Origin: Callorhinchus milii | Lineage: Eukaryota | Assembly: GCF_018977255.1 (NCBI RefSeq) | Contig: NW_024704743.1 | Span: 13,766,001 to 13,830,000, forward strand | Direction of reading: 5' to 3' | DNA length: 64,000 nucleotides | Part shown: in pieces, positions 24,663 through 37,827 of the stretch | Layout: the number at the start of each line of letters is the position of its first letter | Numbering within the stretch: position 1 is the stretch's first letter | Position numbers and translations under genes: made by a program | Notes under the pieces: model-generated | The model's database searches: none | What the model saw: the letters and a program-made list of their open reading frames with translations, nothing else | What the model was told of the DNA's origin: nothing

Positions 24663-26504
24663 CCTTTATCAGGAGATAAAATAGAAAACTGAGATTACCA
24701 AGGTTCGTATGATGAGTCACAGCCAAAAAGTTACCCTGTCCTTCCCTTTCAAATGCTGGACAACATACTGTGTTTTCAGCATTTCCCTTTTTGAATTTGA
24801 CTTCTTGCTCCAGTAACCTTGACTCATACTCTCACTTATTTAATGAGTGGATTTTCTATTAAATTATATCAGATATTATTAGCTTGCTGGATCCTTTGCT
24901 AAATCACTTTAAAGTTGAAAGGCTGAAATCCAATATCAATTCTAATTAAGTTCATGACAGTGTCTCTGATTTAATTTGAACTATACACAGGTTATCTTTA
25001 ATGTGATTGTAAAACATTGGATTAAAAGGCAGTAAACAATGTGGGAATTCTAATCTATATGTATCTCATATCCACATATTTCTGCATTCCTCTATCAATG
25101 CATCCCCATATCAATGTGTTGCCAATCCTCATGTCAACCTATTGCCTTATCCCTATATTATTTTGGGTTTCATTCATTTCTTAGCTCTAATGTTGTAGGA
25201 TTGTGTAAATAAATCTAATTGTTTTTTAAAAAAATACAATTAAATTGTCATATTAGTGAAGTTTTCAAAAACAGAAATAAATTGTTCTAAATTTGTCTCA
25301 AACTGTCAAAACAAAATATTTCAGGAGTGAATAGACCTCCATATGGACGAAGGAGTCCACATGGACTGGTCACAAAGGAGGGGGATGAAAGAGGTAAAAA
25401 TGGCTTACATACATGGACCTAACCAACCTGGTGACAACAACAACTTGAATTTATATAACGCCACTCACACAGAGTAGCATCTCAAAATACTTGTGACCCA
25501 GATAGTCTTTGTTCCTAAGTCTACATTCTTACCCATTTTCTGTGGTTTCATTCTGTAATGAATTTGTTGAAACATTGTCAACTTCTCAAGGATTCTAGAG
25601 TAAACATTCTTCAACTTCATAAATCAGGTCATCATGCACTTACTATTTAACTAAACTATATACATGAGTAATTAGCAGAGATAATGCTCCAACTCTTCAC
25701 AGATACAAAAGAGCTTCAACACTATTTTCTGAGATATTTGAATTGCTGAGTGATCTGGGGTAAAAGAGGCTCTAAAACAGCTGTACTGTACAACTATTTG
25801 ATGAATTATTGCATTGTGAGCTACAAATATCATTAGACTCAGTTTCCCATCTCTGACCTGCACAGAATACTAAACAATACCATGTACCTAGCTGTCCCAG
25901 CAACATGTCCAAAGCTTCTTAGTGTTTTCTGGCTTGCAATTATAGAAATAATATAGCTGCTCGAATGCCTCTGACCCCCATTAACATAGTGGTTTTAGTT
26001 TCATTACTCGCACCATTTACAAAAATGTGAAAACCCATCAGCTAATATTAAGTTAGCACTTAATAAGAGCATATATTTCCCCGGAGTGACTTAATCGCTC
26101 CAATGTGCTTGTGTCACTCAAAATTATCAACATATTAACTGCATGAAGCATTGAAAACAAGATAACTGGGAGCATTTTATGCTTCCATCAGGAGCTGCGA
26201 TTGAAGTGTAATGTTTGGATCTGGCTCTACACGGTTAGTGAAGACAAATGAAATTTCAGGACTGGAACAGAATGTTACCTGGTTTGGATTTGCACTAATC
26301 TGCAGAGACAATGGACAGTAACAGCATTGGCGGCACAATCTAATATTTAAAAATAGAAATTCGCCTCAAGGCTCTGAAAAATTGTCAGAAGTAAGACCTT
26401 GAGAGAAACGAGCCGTTTTTCCCCAAAGAGGCATCACCTGCTATTATTGCTCAAATAGGTTATGAACACTGCAAATTTTACTCCAATGACCTTTCATTAA
26501 CTTC

Positions 26505-26875
26505 TTTTCTGCCCTCACCTTTCCTGAAGGCTTCAACTTCTTTCAGGAATACAGTACCCAAGTGGTCATTATTCATGTGTAAGCATAGACTGTAAGAGGC
26601 AGCAGACTATTCAGCAAAGAATCATCCCAATCAAATTCTAATCTTAAAACTCAAGTACGGTCGAACATGGGCATCTCCAGCAGTCATCACTGGATAGGTT
26701 TTGGTAATGGAATTGTTGCTCTCCACAATCCTGGGGTCCCTGACCAAAATTGATGCCACTCAATCATCATCTCAGCTACGACCAACACACTCAGCACAGA
26801 TCAGGAATTAAATCTGACACTTTCCTGGTGTTGTCTGGTTACTCACTGAATATCTTTGCTAAGGCATTAGAGGAG
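26505..26875 (-). mobile_element. Family Y, near full length, highly diverged
   Basis: Reverse matches: ATTATTCATGTGTAAGC, CACTGGATAG, CTCAGCACAGATCAGGAATT. Confidence 0.5.
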
Positions 26876-28004
26876 TACAACCTTGAATCTGTTCTATACT
26901 AAATGATGCTCTTAAAATCCTAACTCATGGTGTCTGATTGCATAGATTTCTGCATTGACCATCAAAGTTCTAGTATAAAATAACAGTCACACATAGAATA
27001 TAGTGGAATTTTCACTGTGTAAGAATTGTATGATATACGATTGTGAGATTTTGTATTGTAGGATGAAGGAGTGTGTGCACTAATCTAATTTTCAGTTTAC
27101 CAATTGAGCAATCTCACAGATCACTCTAGGGTTTCACAAATCCTAGGAATTTACAGTGCAGAAGGAGGCAATTCAGTCCATCAAGTAAGATGAGAGTTTA
27201 ATCCCACTGGCTGCCCTATCTCCATATCCCTTCAAGCATCTATCTTTGATATACTATTTCCTCCCTGAAACACAAAATAGAGGTGTAAAAATAAACATTA
27301 AATAGCCCTATCATAACTAGTTTATTAATAGCTCATTCCTGGGGAACACTCATTTTTCTTCTGTGCATTGCCTCTTGGGATTGGGCTGTCTCCTTATGTC
27401 ACAGCGCCCAGAATAGAACACAGTACTTGAGGTGCGACCTGACCAGAAAAGTGTACAGCTTGAGAATGACTCCCGGTGTTGAATTTGAATTGAACCAAGC
27501 TACTGCACATTCGGTTTCGCTGTCTAAACTTGGTAAGATAATTGGCTATGGCATTTAACTATCTTTGCCAGTGCATGGGGAGCAGAGACATTGTGTGTCT
27601 ATGGTTCTAACGGTCCTTATACTCAAGTATTTCAGACTGTGTATCTGAAGGCTGAAATGTAGCATAATTGTTAGTAATGGATTAAATCTGTTGGCAATTA
27701 GGAGATTTTACTCTGAAATAAATGCTGCTATTTTCGATTAAAACTTGCAAGATTATTCTACTTCCAATAAAAACAGGGCCAAAGTTTTAATAGAATCATA
27801 CCCTGCTGATCCACAAACTGTGGGAAGGAAGGAAATCAATGACAACTCAGGAAATGGTAAGTGGTGATTTATAGCGAAAGATCAATCTGTGGCAAACATC
27901 TGTATTTTCACAGGAACACCTGGGCAAATCAACTACATGACGTCTGTCACCATGGCAATAATGCACAGGAGAAATAAGCAAGTTGTTACTGGAGAGTGTC
28001 TAAG

Positions 28005-28925
28005 AAATCATAGCATGTAAGGAGGCCATTCGTCACATCAAGCTGAAACTGGTACAAAGTCATCGACTGGAGCTACCTACTCTAATCCCAAGTCCCTGTT
28101 CCTTTTTAAATTGCCCCTCTTGAAATATTTATCCAATTCTCTTTTACACATCGAGGTTTCAGCCTGAATTACTACTTGGGTCAGCTTGGCTCAGTTAGCA
28201 GCATTCTCATTTCTGAGTCAGAAGGTTGTGGGTTCAAGCCCCACATTGGGACTTGAACTCACATAGTCTAAGCTGACACTCCAATGCAATGCTGCGAATG
28301 TGCTGCTTTTTCTGAGGTGCCATCCCTCAGATGAGATGTTAAACCGTGGTTCTGTCTAACTGTTTAGGTGCACCTTAAAGACCCCATGTCATTATTTGAA
28401 ACAAGAAGGGAGTATCTCCCAGTGTCCTGGCCAACAATCTCCTAAATAAAATTGATCATTTACTGTATGGCTGTTTGCAGGACACGGCTGTGCGTAATTG
28501 ACTGCTGTGTTCAACCACAAAACACTAGTCACTACACTTTACAGTATATCCTGTGAAGAGCTTTGAGAGGTCCTCCCGATATGACTGGTGCTATACCAAA
28601 TGTAAGGGTTATTAATTTCATACAGCATTTAATGTTTGAACAACCCTCCTTACAAAAAAGTTTTTTTTAACTTGCGTCATTAACTCCTCCATTGGCAATC
28701 TTGAAAATATCTCCATTAACCAACTGGTGTCAATAAACTTCAGTATTTATCCTCTCAAACCTTTCAGAATTTTGAAGATTATCTATTGGATCTTCTTTTT
28801 AATTTTCTGTGCACCAGTGAAAACAGCCTGATATTTTTTACTCTATTTTCTGACTATAACTTGGTGCCAACCATGTGAACCTATTCCATATCCTTCCCAT
28901 GGTTCTGCTATCCTTTCTACAATGG
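28005..28925 (-). mobile_element. Old CR1 3' fragment split by the 28178-28614 DeuSINE
   Basis: GGAGGCCATTCG tail motif and ATTTATCCAATTCTCTTT before the SINE; CCTTTCAGAATTTTGAAGA and CCATGTGAACC after it. Confidence 0.6.
28178..28614 (+). mobile_element. DeuSINE, full length, inserted into an old CR1
   Basis: GGGTCAGCTTGGCTCAGTTAGC...GGGTTCAAGCCCCAC head, Deu core, L2-type tail. Confidence 0.85.
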
Positions 28926-31900
28926 ATGCCGAGGGTGATTTTGCCCTCTGTATGTGAAAAGGGTATTCTTATCTCAGTAAAGTGACATGGACATTATTTT
29001 TTCAGGTCTGTGCAAGATGTCTGCATTGGCATGACTGGCTGCATAATGATGTCACATTTGTTTAGCACCAAATGGATACAGGTAAAATGAATGCTGAGAG
29101 TAACAGCAGGTTAAGAAGTTATTGTCCTTTGTCATGAAATTCACCAGAAAAATCGCACAAGTGAAAAATGACAATTCTAGGAAAAATGTCCTGGGTCGGC
29201 AAACAAAACCATCATAACTCTTCCAGATGGCAAAGTGAATAATAGCACTGTCAGAGCATTTGTTCCTTGAACTAAGTTGCCTGAAGAATCACAAAACTGT
29301 GACAATGTCTCTTTAAAAACAATCTCAGCCTGCAGCTTTCCCCCATATGATTAAAGAGGTGGAGAAGCTAGCTTTATTTCAAGAAAAATGCTTGAAATAG
29401 AAATTGCTGATCCAAGCATCCCTCTTATATATTGCTTCCAGAAAGGTAAACTATTTTAGCTTTAAATTCTTGGTATTTAAATACTCTTTTTGGCTGCATT
29501 ACACGTTTACCTTGTAAACTTGTCAAATATGACAATACATCGTCAGTTATTACAGCAATAACAACACATGACATAGCAGAAAATATTCCAACAGTTCAAA
29601 GTACACAAGAAATTGTGGACCAAAAGTATATAATTATAAATTCATTGTGTTTTGTGCCAATGAATGTAGTTTGTGAACCAAGGAAATGACTAGGCAAACA
29701 AATTATCCGCGGAACAGAAACTGACAGTAATTTTTGTTAACTGGGAAGCTAAGACGAAGGGCCAAGACTGGTTCATTTAATACAATAGTACTTTTGCCTC
29801 TGGGTAAGAAGGTTGTTGTCTCAATCCCTCCACTAAAGCTTGAGCTGGCTATCCATGCTGCCACTGGGGTCTTGAGTGTCATTTCTAAAAGTCACCAAAG
29901 TGCAGCCTTTTATCACACTTCATGGCCTCTTTGAGAAAGCAAATGTTCCTTACCCCAAAATATCCAGCATGCATATTAAACAGGTTTTTTTAATGCAGAT
30001 AAACCACATGGAAATAAACACTGGAGCAAGAGACATTAAAGATGCAGGCATAGTGTAAGGGTGTCCATTAGTAGAAGTGGCGAGGAAAAGGATTTGGGAA
30101 TTGATCAATTACTGAAGATTTACGTCAATGCTAAGCCAACTGTCTCAATACACCTACCATACCAGAAACAAAGAGATAAGGTCCAGATTCTTAAAATTTG
30201 AAACAATAACACAATAGCTAGAATCCAATGGAAACTTCGATCGTGTATCCATACATGTCAGCCATGACACAGGCGGAAACACATTACCGAGATTTATAGG
30301 ATATAGAGTGAGGAGGAAAGATGATTGGGGATATTTTCGGTGGACAGTGGACTTGATAAGCTAATTTGTTCTTTTCTATTCCATTCTTTACAGCAATATT
30401 TCACCTCTAATGCACTACCTTTATAATTATAATAATCCTTGATTTTTGCCCACAAAATATACAGTCAATTCACTTTACGGTATATTCTGTGAAGCTCTTT
30501 GGAAGGATTATTATTATTATTTGGTATAGCACCTTATCATGTCTTTGAGACATCTCAAAGAGCTTCACAGAATATAAGTCTCAGACATTATATCCTCAGA
30601 CATTCTCAATATCACCTTAGAAACGCACAAAAAAGGTAGAGAAACGGCAAAATAGAGGAGGATTCACCAGAGGGTATCAAGAGAAAGCAGTGATGGAAAC
30701 CCAAAGGCTTGTTATTCCAAAGGAGATTGTTCCACCTCTGAATTAACACTGAGAACTTGTGACCAAGTGCACAGTGGATCACTGTGGACACGTGAAAACA
30801 TATCTCAAAAACATTTCAAACACAAAGCAACATGGGCTAAATGTCTGTGTGAGAATGAAGCATTGATTCCCATAAGACACATAAAAACATATTATTTTCA
30901 CTTGCTAGACATCAAACAATGTTTTGAAGCTAGATAATGATCCCATGGGGGCCCTTACCATGTTTTAGGCTGACCAGTTCTCTCAGGATTAGGACTTCAC
31001 TTGCAATCTGCCAACCCTTCAATGTTTTACTGCAGTCCCCATGGTATTCCAACCCTTCCGCTAGTTTCTCAACAATCTCTAGGATGTGTAATTGGTGCCA
31101 ACAGTGCAAATGTAAACATAGAAGTATGAGATCCAATGGTGCTGATGGGCCACTGTTGCAGCCAGACTTTACCCAATAGAGCTTTAAATTATAAACCTAT
31201 GGCACAGTAAGTAAAAACAATTCCTGCAAGAGCAACACTACACTTGTCTAAAGTACAACTGTCCCCTCTCACCTCCCTCAACAATTTCTCAGTGAACCTA
31301 ACTCAGAAGCCGAGACCACCAGCACTTTCCGATTGAAACATTGGCAGGAATATCTATGACTAGCAGAGAACTATCCCACAAATGTATGAATTGTTTCCAT
31401 CTGCAGCCTATAGCCGGGCATTAGCGTTTGTACATTTTTGTTTTGGTTTATATGATGTGATCACATCACTGCTACTGGATACTTCACAGCATTAGTCTAC
31501 CAGCAGACTGAATACTGACCCGCATTCATTGCTGTAGGAGCATAGGAAAACAGAGGAATCCATTCAGGCTGTTCCACCAGTTTATTAGATTTGGGCAGAT
31601 CTTCTAACCCCTTTGCCCTGCTCTTTCATTTCTCCTTAATATCTCCACTGTTCAATTATCTGTTTATAGGAACATAGACAGCACCTGAAATCACCAGGCT
31701 TGTAAATTTCTCCTGTGATGCAGATAATTATATAGTAAACAACTGAGCAACTCCCAAACTACAACAACCAGAGCTATGAACGCATAACTGCTCAAGTAAA
31801 AGAACAACAATAGTTGAAAAACAGATGTCCATTCCAGGATTCATTTACCTTCAAGCATTGGAACATTGGCAAGAATATCTATGGCTAGAGGAGAACTATC

Positions 31901-32407
31901 CCACAAATATATGAATTATTTCCATCAAGCACAGGTCGAGTCTTCATTCGCCAACCTGAACTACAAGTCAGGAATATGAGAATAAGTGGCGTTTAGTTTA
32001 CAAGGTTTCTTAACCAAGAAAATACTCTTTGAATTCCCATCAGCCAACAGTGTTATGTTTGGGTGGCATGAGTTACATATTTCTGACCCCTTTTGTGACA
32101 CTCAGATTCTTTACTAAGAAATCGAGTTCGATTAAGAAATAGCGCAAAGTACTCCCTATATTTTATATTTATATATGCAGGCCCCTTTGTGTGTGTTTCC
32201 CTCGCTACTAGCCGCTGTTCGGGTTAGAACTCTCCATGTGGTTGTGAGAAAGAATCAATCTTTCAAGATGATAGGAATGCTGACAGCTGAGATGCCAGCT
32301 TATTGCTGAAAGTCTCGTCTCTCAAAAAAAGCTTTGCAGCTGGCTTCACTGCTCCAATTATGTGGGAATGATGCACCAATGTTTCTACAACTGTGGATAA
32401 TTCTATT

Positions 32408-32535
32408 GATGGGACAGTGTAGATAGAGCTTCACCTTGTCTCTAACCCATCTGTCACTAACGTGGAAGTGTGGATGGATATTGTAGAGGGAGCTTTACTC
32501 TGTCTACCCAGTACTGTCACTGACCTGGGAGTGTG
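32408..32535 (+). repeat. Two degenerate ~64-bp tandem units
   Basis: GATGG...TGTAGA.GGAGCTT.AC..TGTCT...CTGTCACT.AC.TGG.AGTGTG repeated at 32408 and 32473. Confidence 0.75.
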
Positions 32536-32623
32536 GTAGACATTGTTTATTAACTTCAGTCAAGATACTTCAGTAACACGGAACTGGCTGGCATGTTCAC
32601 AAGACTGGGGGAACTGTGTGTGT

Positions 32624-32951
32624 GGAGTTCTGTAGCTCAGTGGTTAGAGGACTTGCTTTGCAAGTGAGAGACCTGGGTTTGATTCCCAGCAGGGTGAAAC
32701 CTTGGGCAAGTTTCCTTACTCCAGATGCCTGATAATAATCCCTCAAGAAAAAAAAACAATAATAAATTGGTAATTTCAATCCACGATTGTTTGAGGGGAC
32801 TTGCCATGCGCAATTGGCGGCTGCATTTCGCTCACAAATATACAGTCAGTTCACTTTACAGTATATTCTGTGAAGCGCTTTGAGACGTCTAGAAGATGTG
32901 AAAAGCCCTATATCAAATGCAAGGATTATTATTATTATTATTATTATTATA
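32624..32951 (+). mobile_element. tRNA-Ala SINE, short form
   Basis: A/B boxes, shared body, long (TTA)n tail. Confidence 0.9.
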
Positions 32952-34114
32952 TTTGCTCAGTGTATCAATTTTAAATAGTTCATTTTTTCCCAGCGGTGGA
33001 GGGGGAATCTGTGTTTCACACTGTCTGAATGCTGCAAAGAAAGTTTGAAGGAGATAAAAACTGACTTTTGCAGCATCATCATTTTAAGGCTTATTTTAAT
33101 TAATCATAAACATTAACACTGGGCACGATCTTCTAAATGTTTAAGTCCAACAATAATATTTGATACAGCACCATACCAACTTATCGAGATTTCTTAAGGC
33201 ACTTCACAGGATTTACTGGAAAGTGTAGTGACTGTGCCTTGCAAGTGAATCCTCAATACAAATTGTTGAATCCCTTCTGCTTAAACACACTCTGTTTGGA
33301 TTAAGGTTTTGCTTTGCTGTTGAGAGCATACAAGGAACCCTGTGAAGGAACGGAACAGGATGAAACTGAAACAGAGGGGATAAAAAGGTCTGTCCTCTTC
33401 CCCATTTGGAAGTTGAGAAACCTGAGCTGGTACCTGACCTACCACATGAAAGAGATTCGATGTTAATTACTTTGACAAGTCAGCTTCTAAATACACTCAA
33501 CAAAACCAAATAATTGAACACTGCTGATGTTACAACTATGGCCAATTTGCATTCTCCTGGACAAAATATTTTTGCTGTAGCACAGCCAATGTTTAATCTA
33601 CTGAAACTGCATATCCAGGAAGGAGATATAAATCTCTTTTCAGTTTCAAATGATTAGAATTCAAAAAAGTTTTTATTCTCAAGCCTATTGGAGTATGTAT
33701 AGTCAATTGATGTTTGTGTTATTCTAATTCAGTCAATTTTAAACATTGATGTACAATGGATCTTTATAAATGGAATAGGAAAGTACACTCAGCATATTTT
33801 GAGGATGTATCAGGTATCTTCAGGCTATACTTTAACATGGGTCAAACGTAGTGGCTGGATAATATAGTGCTTTGTTTAAGAGATGAAAGGGTTCACTAAT
33901 TGTGAATTTGTATCTGAAGCCTCTTCCACTCCATCCAATACATTGCAACACTATAAATAATAATAATAATCCTTGCATTTGATATAGCACCTTATCACAT
34001 CTTCGAGACATCTCAAAGCGTTTCACAGAATATACTGAAAAGTGAAGTGACTGGATATTTTGTGCAAAACAATAAACAAATGTAATGGCATTTCATATTA
34101 GAAATAAATTTAAG

Positions 34115-34250
34115 GCACCTCTAATAGCTCAGTGGATAAAGGCATTGCCTAGTACAGCACAAGGCTATGCAGACCGAAAGATCACAGGTTCAAATCTTGG
34201 TTGTTGTTGAGTTAGGTGATCTCAGACAGGGTGCTAGCTAGAGGGTTACC
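34115..34250 (+). mobile_element. Family Y head
   Basis: A box TAGCTCAGTGG, B box GGTTCAAATC, then TGAGTTAGGTGATCTCAG. Confidence 0.55.
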
Positions 34251-34849
34251 ATACACCAACAGAGCAAAAGACGACTCAAAAACATAACGCCTTGGGACGC
34301 CTTGGGACGCCTTGCAGCGCCTTGGGACGTCCTCCTGACGTGAAAGGCGCTCTATAAATGGAATCTTGTTGTTGTTGTTGTTGTTGATAACCGAATACAG
34401 TAGATTTATTTACCAGTGTGTTTAGTATTAAGTGCTTTGAGACGTCTAGAAGATGTGAAAAGCGTTATATCAAATGTAATTCTTATCATTATTATACTAT
34501 TGCTACTCAAATTGATGAGCACTGTTGCCGTTTCCTGTAGATGTATCTAGTTATATGGGATAGAAAGAGGACAGCAAGAATTGGTCTTTAAGTAAGGTCC
34601 AAAGTGAAGGTTTGCTCAGTCTAAAGGCTGCTTTATAAAAGCTTAGTCCTTGAAGTCAGAACAAGGAATGGTGGGGTGTCATACGCTTCCTTGTAGGAAA
34701 CAAACCCAAAAACAGATTAGCAAAACTTCAGACTGCATTATAGGTAGACTATAGGGGGAAGGTCTTGTCTCGTTGAATGTAAACCATGGGGGGGGGGGGA
34801 GGAGTGCGGGGGAGCAATCCTGTCCACACAACTACCTCTGTATTTAAAC

Positions 34850-35030
34850 CTCATTGGAAGTACACTACAGGGGTTATTTTTTGACTGCAGTTACCTTTCT
34901 ATACCAGTCTCATTGGTAACGCACTATAGGGGTTTCCTGCCTCATCAGAAGTGCACTACAGGGGTTATTGCGCCGGCACTTTAATGTTATATTCCAACAT
35001 CATTGGATGTGCACTACAATGGTTTATCTT
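34850..35030 (+). repeat. Degenerate higher-order minisatellite (4 copies of a ~26-bp motif)
   Basis: CTCATTGGAAGTGCACTACAGGGGTT-like motif at 34850, 34909, 34941 and 34999. Confidence 0.7.
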
Positions 35031-35904
35031 ACTCTATTCCAACCTGGATTCAAGGTTTTGCATAAGATTTTAATTTCGATTGAAGCAGACTGCAGACAGG
35101 AGTTGACGGATATTTGCAAGCTGTTTTGGGGGTCCATACAAAGAGAACTTTCAATCAACGTGTAATTCTCTGAAGATTGTTTTTAACTTGAGAAGACTGA
35201 ACAGCGTTTGATGTGAGAGAAATGTTCTTTTTGGGCAGCTTGACAGCACAATGCATTTGTGCTCCACAACTCAGCAAAATCACATGCAACCCAACTAAGG
35301 CATCCTCCCACTAGGACAATGCAAACCTTGCCAGGCTGCTCTGGCACATCTGGGAACAGTAATGTTGGCAGAGTTCTAGGAAGAGAGTGTCTGCCTATTC
35401 AATCAACTGGAACATTGCACAACAAGCCTGAAGTTGCAACCAATGTACAAATAAAGAAGAGGAAAATAATAAATGTAAAACTAAAGAGAACCAGTAGTGT
35501 TCATTTTAAAAGCACAGATCATGCAGTATTGTATTTTTGTGACTACACATCACTGACCAATTTATAAGTATCATATTGCAATGGTTTTGAAGGCATATTG
35601 GAGAAATCAGGAAGAAAAGGGGCCATCCAAGATTTTGTGTACAGGCAGTAAAAAGTTATTATGAACTAAAAGGCAAAATAAATCAGTTTTATGCTTTGTA
35701 TCTCTTTTCAGTTCTTTCTCGACTCCTCTAAATTTTTTCGTACTTGCTTCTGCATTGTATTCAGCCGCAATAAACAACAAATTACATTTGTAAAGTGCCT
35801 TTCACGTCACGAAAACAACCCAAGGTGCTGGTCAGTCAAAGCAAGAAGACCACTTTCTTCTTATAAATCCTCCTCGATTCTTAATCTTCCTTTTAATTTT
35901 CCTG

Positions 35905-36447
35905 TTGGCCCATTTGACAGCATTTCTGTGTAATTTGCCCCGGTGCACTTGGGTATATACTACCTTCCACAACCTTCTCAAACCATACCGACCCAGCTGC
36001 TCACTTTGCTCACCGGTCACCGGCCTGCTTCTTGTCCCCTGTTCTCCCTACCCCATCATTAACGGCTGGGCTTTCTGCCCCCGCTTTCTGGAACTCCATC
36101 CTGTTTAAATACCTCCTTTCCTTGGCACCCCTCTAACTCCCCACAGCAGTACCCACTGCCTCCACTCTACTGGCTCCGGCCTCCTCCTTGTCCCTCAAAT
36201 TCTCCGCTCTACCATCGGCAGCCGTGCCTTCAGCCACTATGCCCTGAAGCTATGAAACTCCCCCCCCTCAATCCCTTCGCCTTGCTTCCTCTTTTCCCAT
36301 TTTCAGGTTGTGCCTGAAAACCTTCCTCTTTGACCGCACCTATGGTCACCTTCCCCCTCCCACTGGCTTAGCATTGGGCTCCACCACTGTTAAGCGCTCT
36401 GGGACGCCGCTCAGCGTGGATGGCGCTATATAAATGCAAGTTGTTGT
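35905..36447 (+). mobile_element. Two adjacent L2 3' fragments (the second has the alternative type-B 3' UTR)
   Basis: C-rich L2 ORF2 end; tail GCGCTCTGGGACGCCGCTCAGCGTGGATGGCGCTATATAAATGCAAGTTGTTG. Confidence 0.78.
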
Positions 36448-37827
36448 AAATCAGGGAGCAAACTGGCCCCTATAGGCTCCCCCATGTACTGACTCAGGCC
36501 TTTTCTTGGCCTACAGTCCATATCAAAGCCTGTCTATATTGTCCTGCCTCTTTACTCATCAAGTGTGTACAACAACAAAAAATTCTACAGCATGGCTTCT
36601 CCTGCAGGAATGGAAACTGACTTGATCTCCCAGAGACTGATAATTCTAGCTTGTAAGAACACTTAATCTTAAAATGTAACATTGTGCAGAATAGTGGAAA
36701 ATCCTTCAATTCAGTCTCAATTTGGAAGGGCTCTCTTACTGAGAGAGCATTGCTTGTGTTTCAAATGACATCTTTCAGCCTCTGGATTGTGTACACATGT
36801 GCTTTTGATTTGTAAACTCCGCCTGACTGCCTGTTCCAGGATCCCTCAAGCAGCTTCTGCTGAAGATACTGTATTGTCCAAACACTGAGCACAGTTCAAC
36901 AACGTGAAAGAGCAAATTCTAAAACTGAACTGACAAAGTAGGAAACGCTTGTTTCATGCTGCTACATCTGACATTAGGTTTGTTATTTTTGCGTCACTTT
37001 ATTTTAGTCCAGTTTTATTTTAGTTGAGGGCCAACAGTGTACAAAAGACCTAAACAGTATTTGCCTGCTTATGCCAGCTCTCTGCACAAGAAACTGATGA
37101 AGAGGAATGAACAAAGGTCAGGCTCGGTCCAGATGTGATAATGAATGACCTGTGCTCTGGGAGTTTCCATCACACAGCTTCTCTCTAAATCAATCCTGAA
37201 TCTCCAACAGAGACGTCATAGATGTTTCATAGAAAAAACACTTTTTTTCTTTTGATGCCAGGAAAAGAATGGGTTGTCCGTGCACTATACTCTTTCACAA
37301 ATTCTAGTAGCTACACACTGTTAGTGTCTAGGACAATGACACTATTAATAATGGGATGGCCACATGTGGCGTAGCAAAAGCACTAGTGATAAGGCGCTAT
37401 ATCAATTGAAAGGATTATTATTATTGTTTACCATCCGTCTCAATCACGGAAACTGTTCATATCACGTACCTGCCATTGACTTTTGGTATCAACTAAGAAA
37501 AAAGATAGTGGGATCTAATTTGTGATATTTCTTAATGGAATTCCTTGCTAAGAGATCTGAGTCACACAAATAAGGCTTTCCTCTTGTAATCAAAAGAACA
37601 TTGCAACAACCTGCAGCAAATTGGCGCTGATGTGAATCTACTTCCAGAGTAGAGTTCTCAAGGAATTATGCCATAAGGAATTCCATTCAGAAATACCTCA
37701 AATCAGACCCCAGTATTTGCCTGTTTTTCTAAGATAATCAATGCAAACTATATTGCAATATCATTCCTTATTGTGATATTGTACTTATGGAATTTTTCCT
37801 TCTTTGTACTGGTATATGCCCACTAGT

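Noticed and set aside
34850..35030. CRISPR-like repeat-spacer array
   Set aside because: Vertebrate intron, degenerate repeats, irregular spacers, no cas genes.
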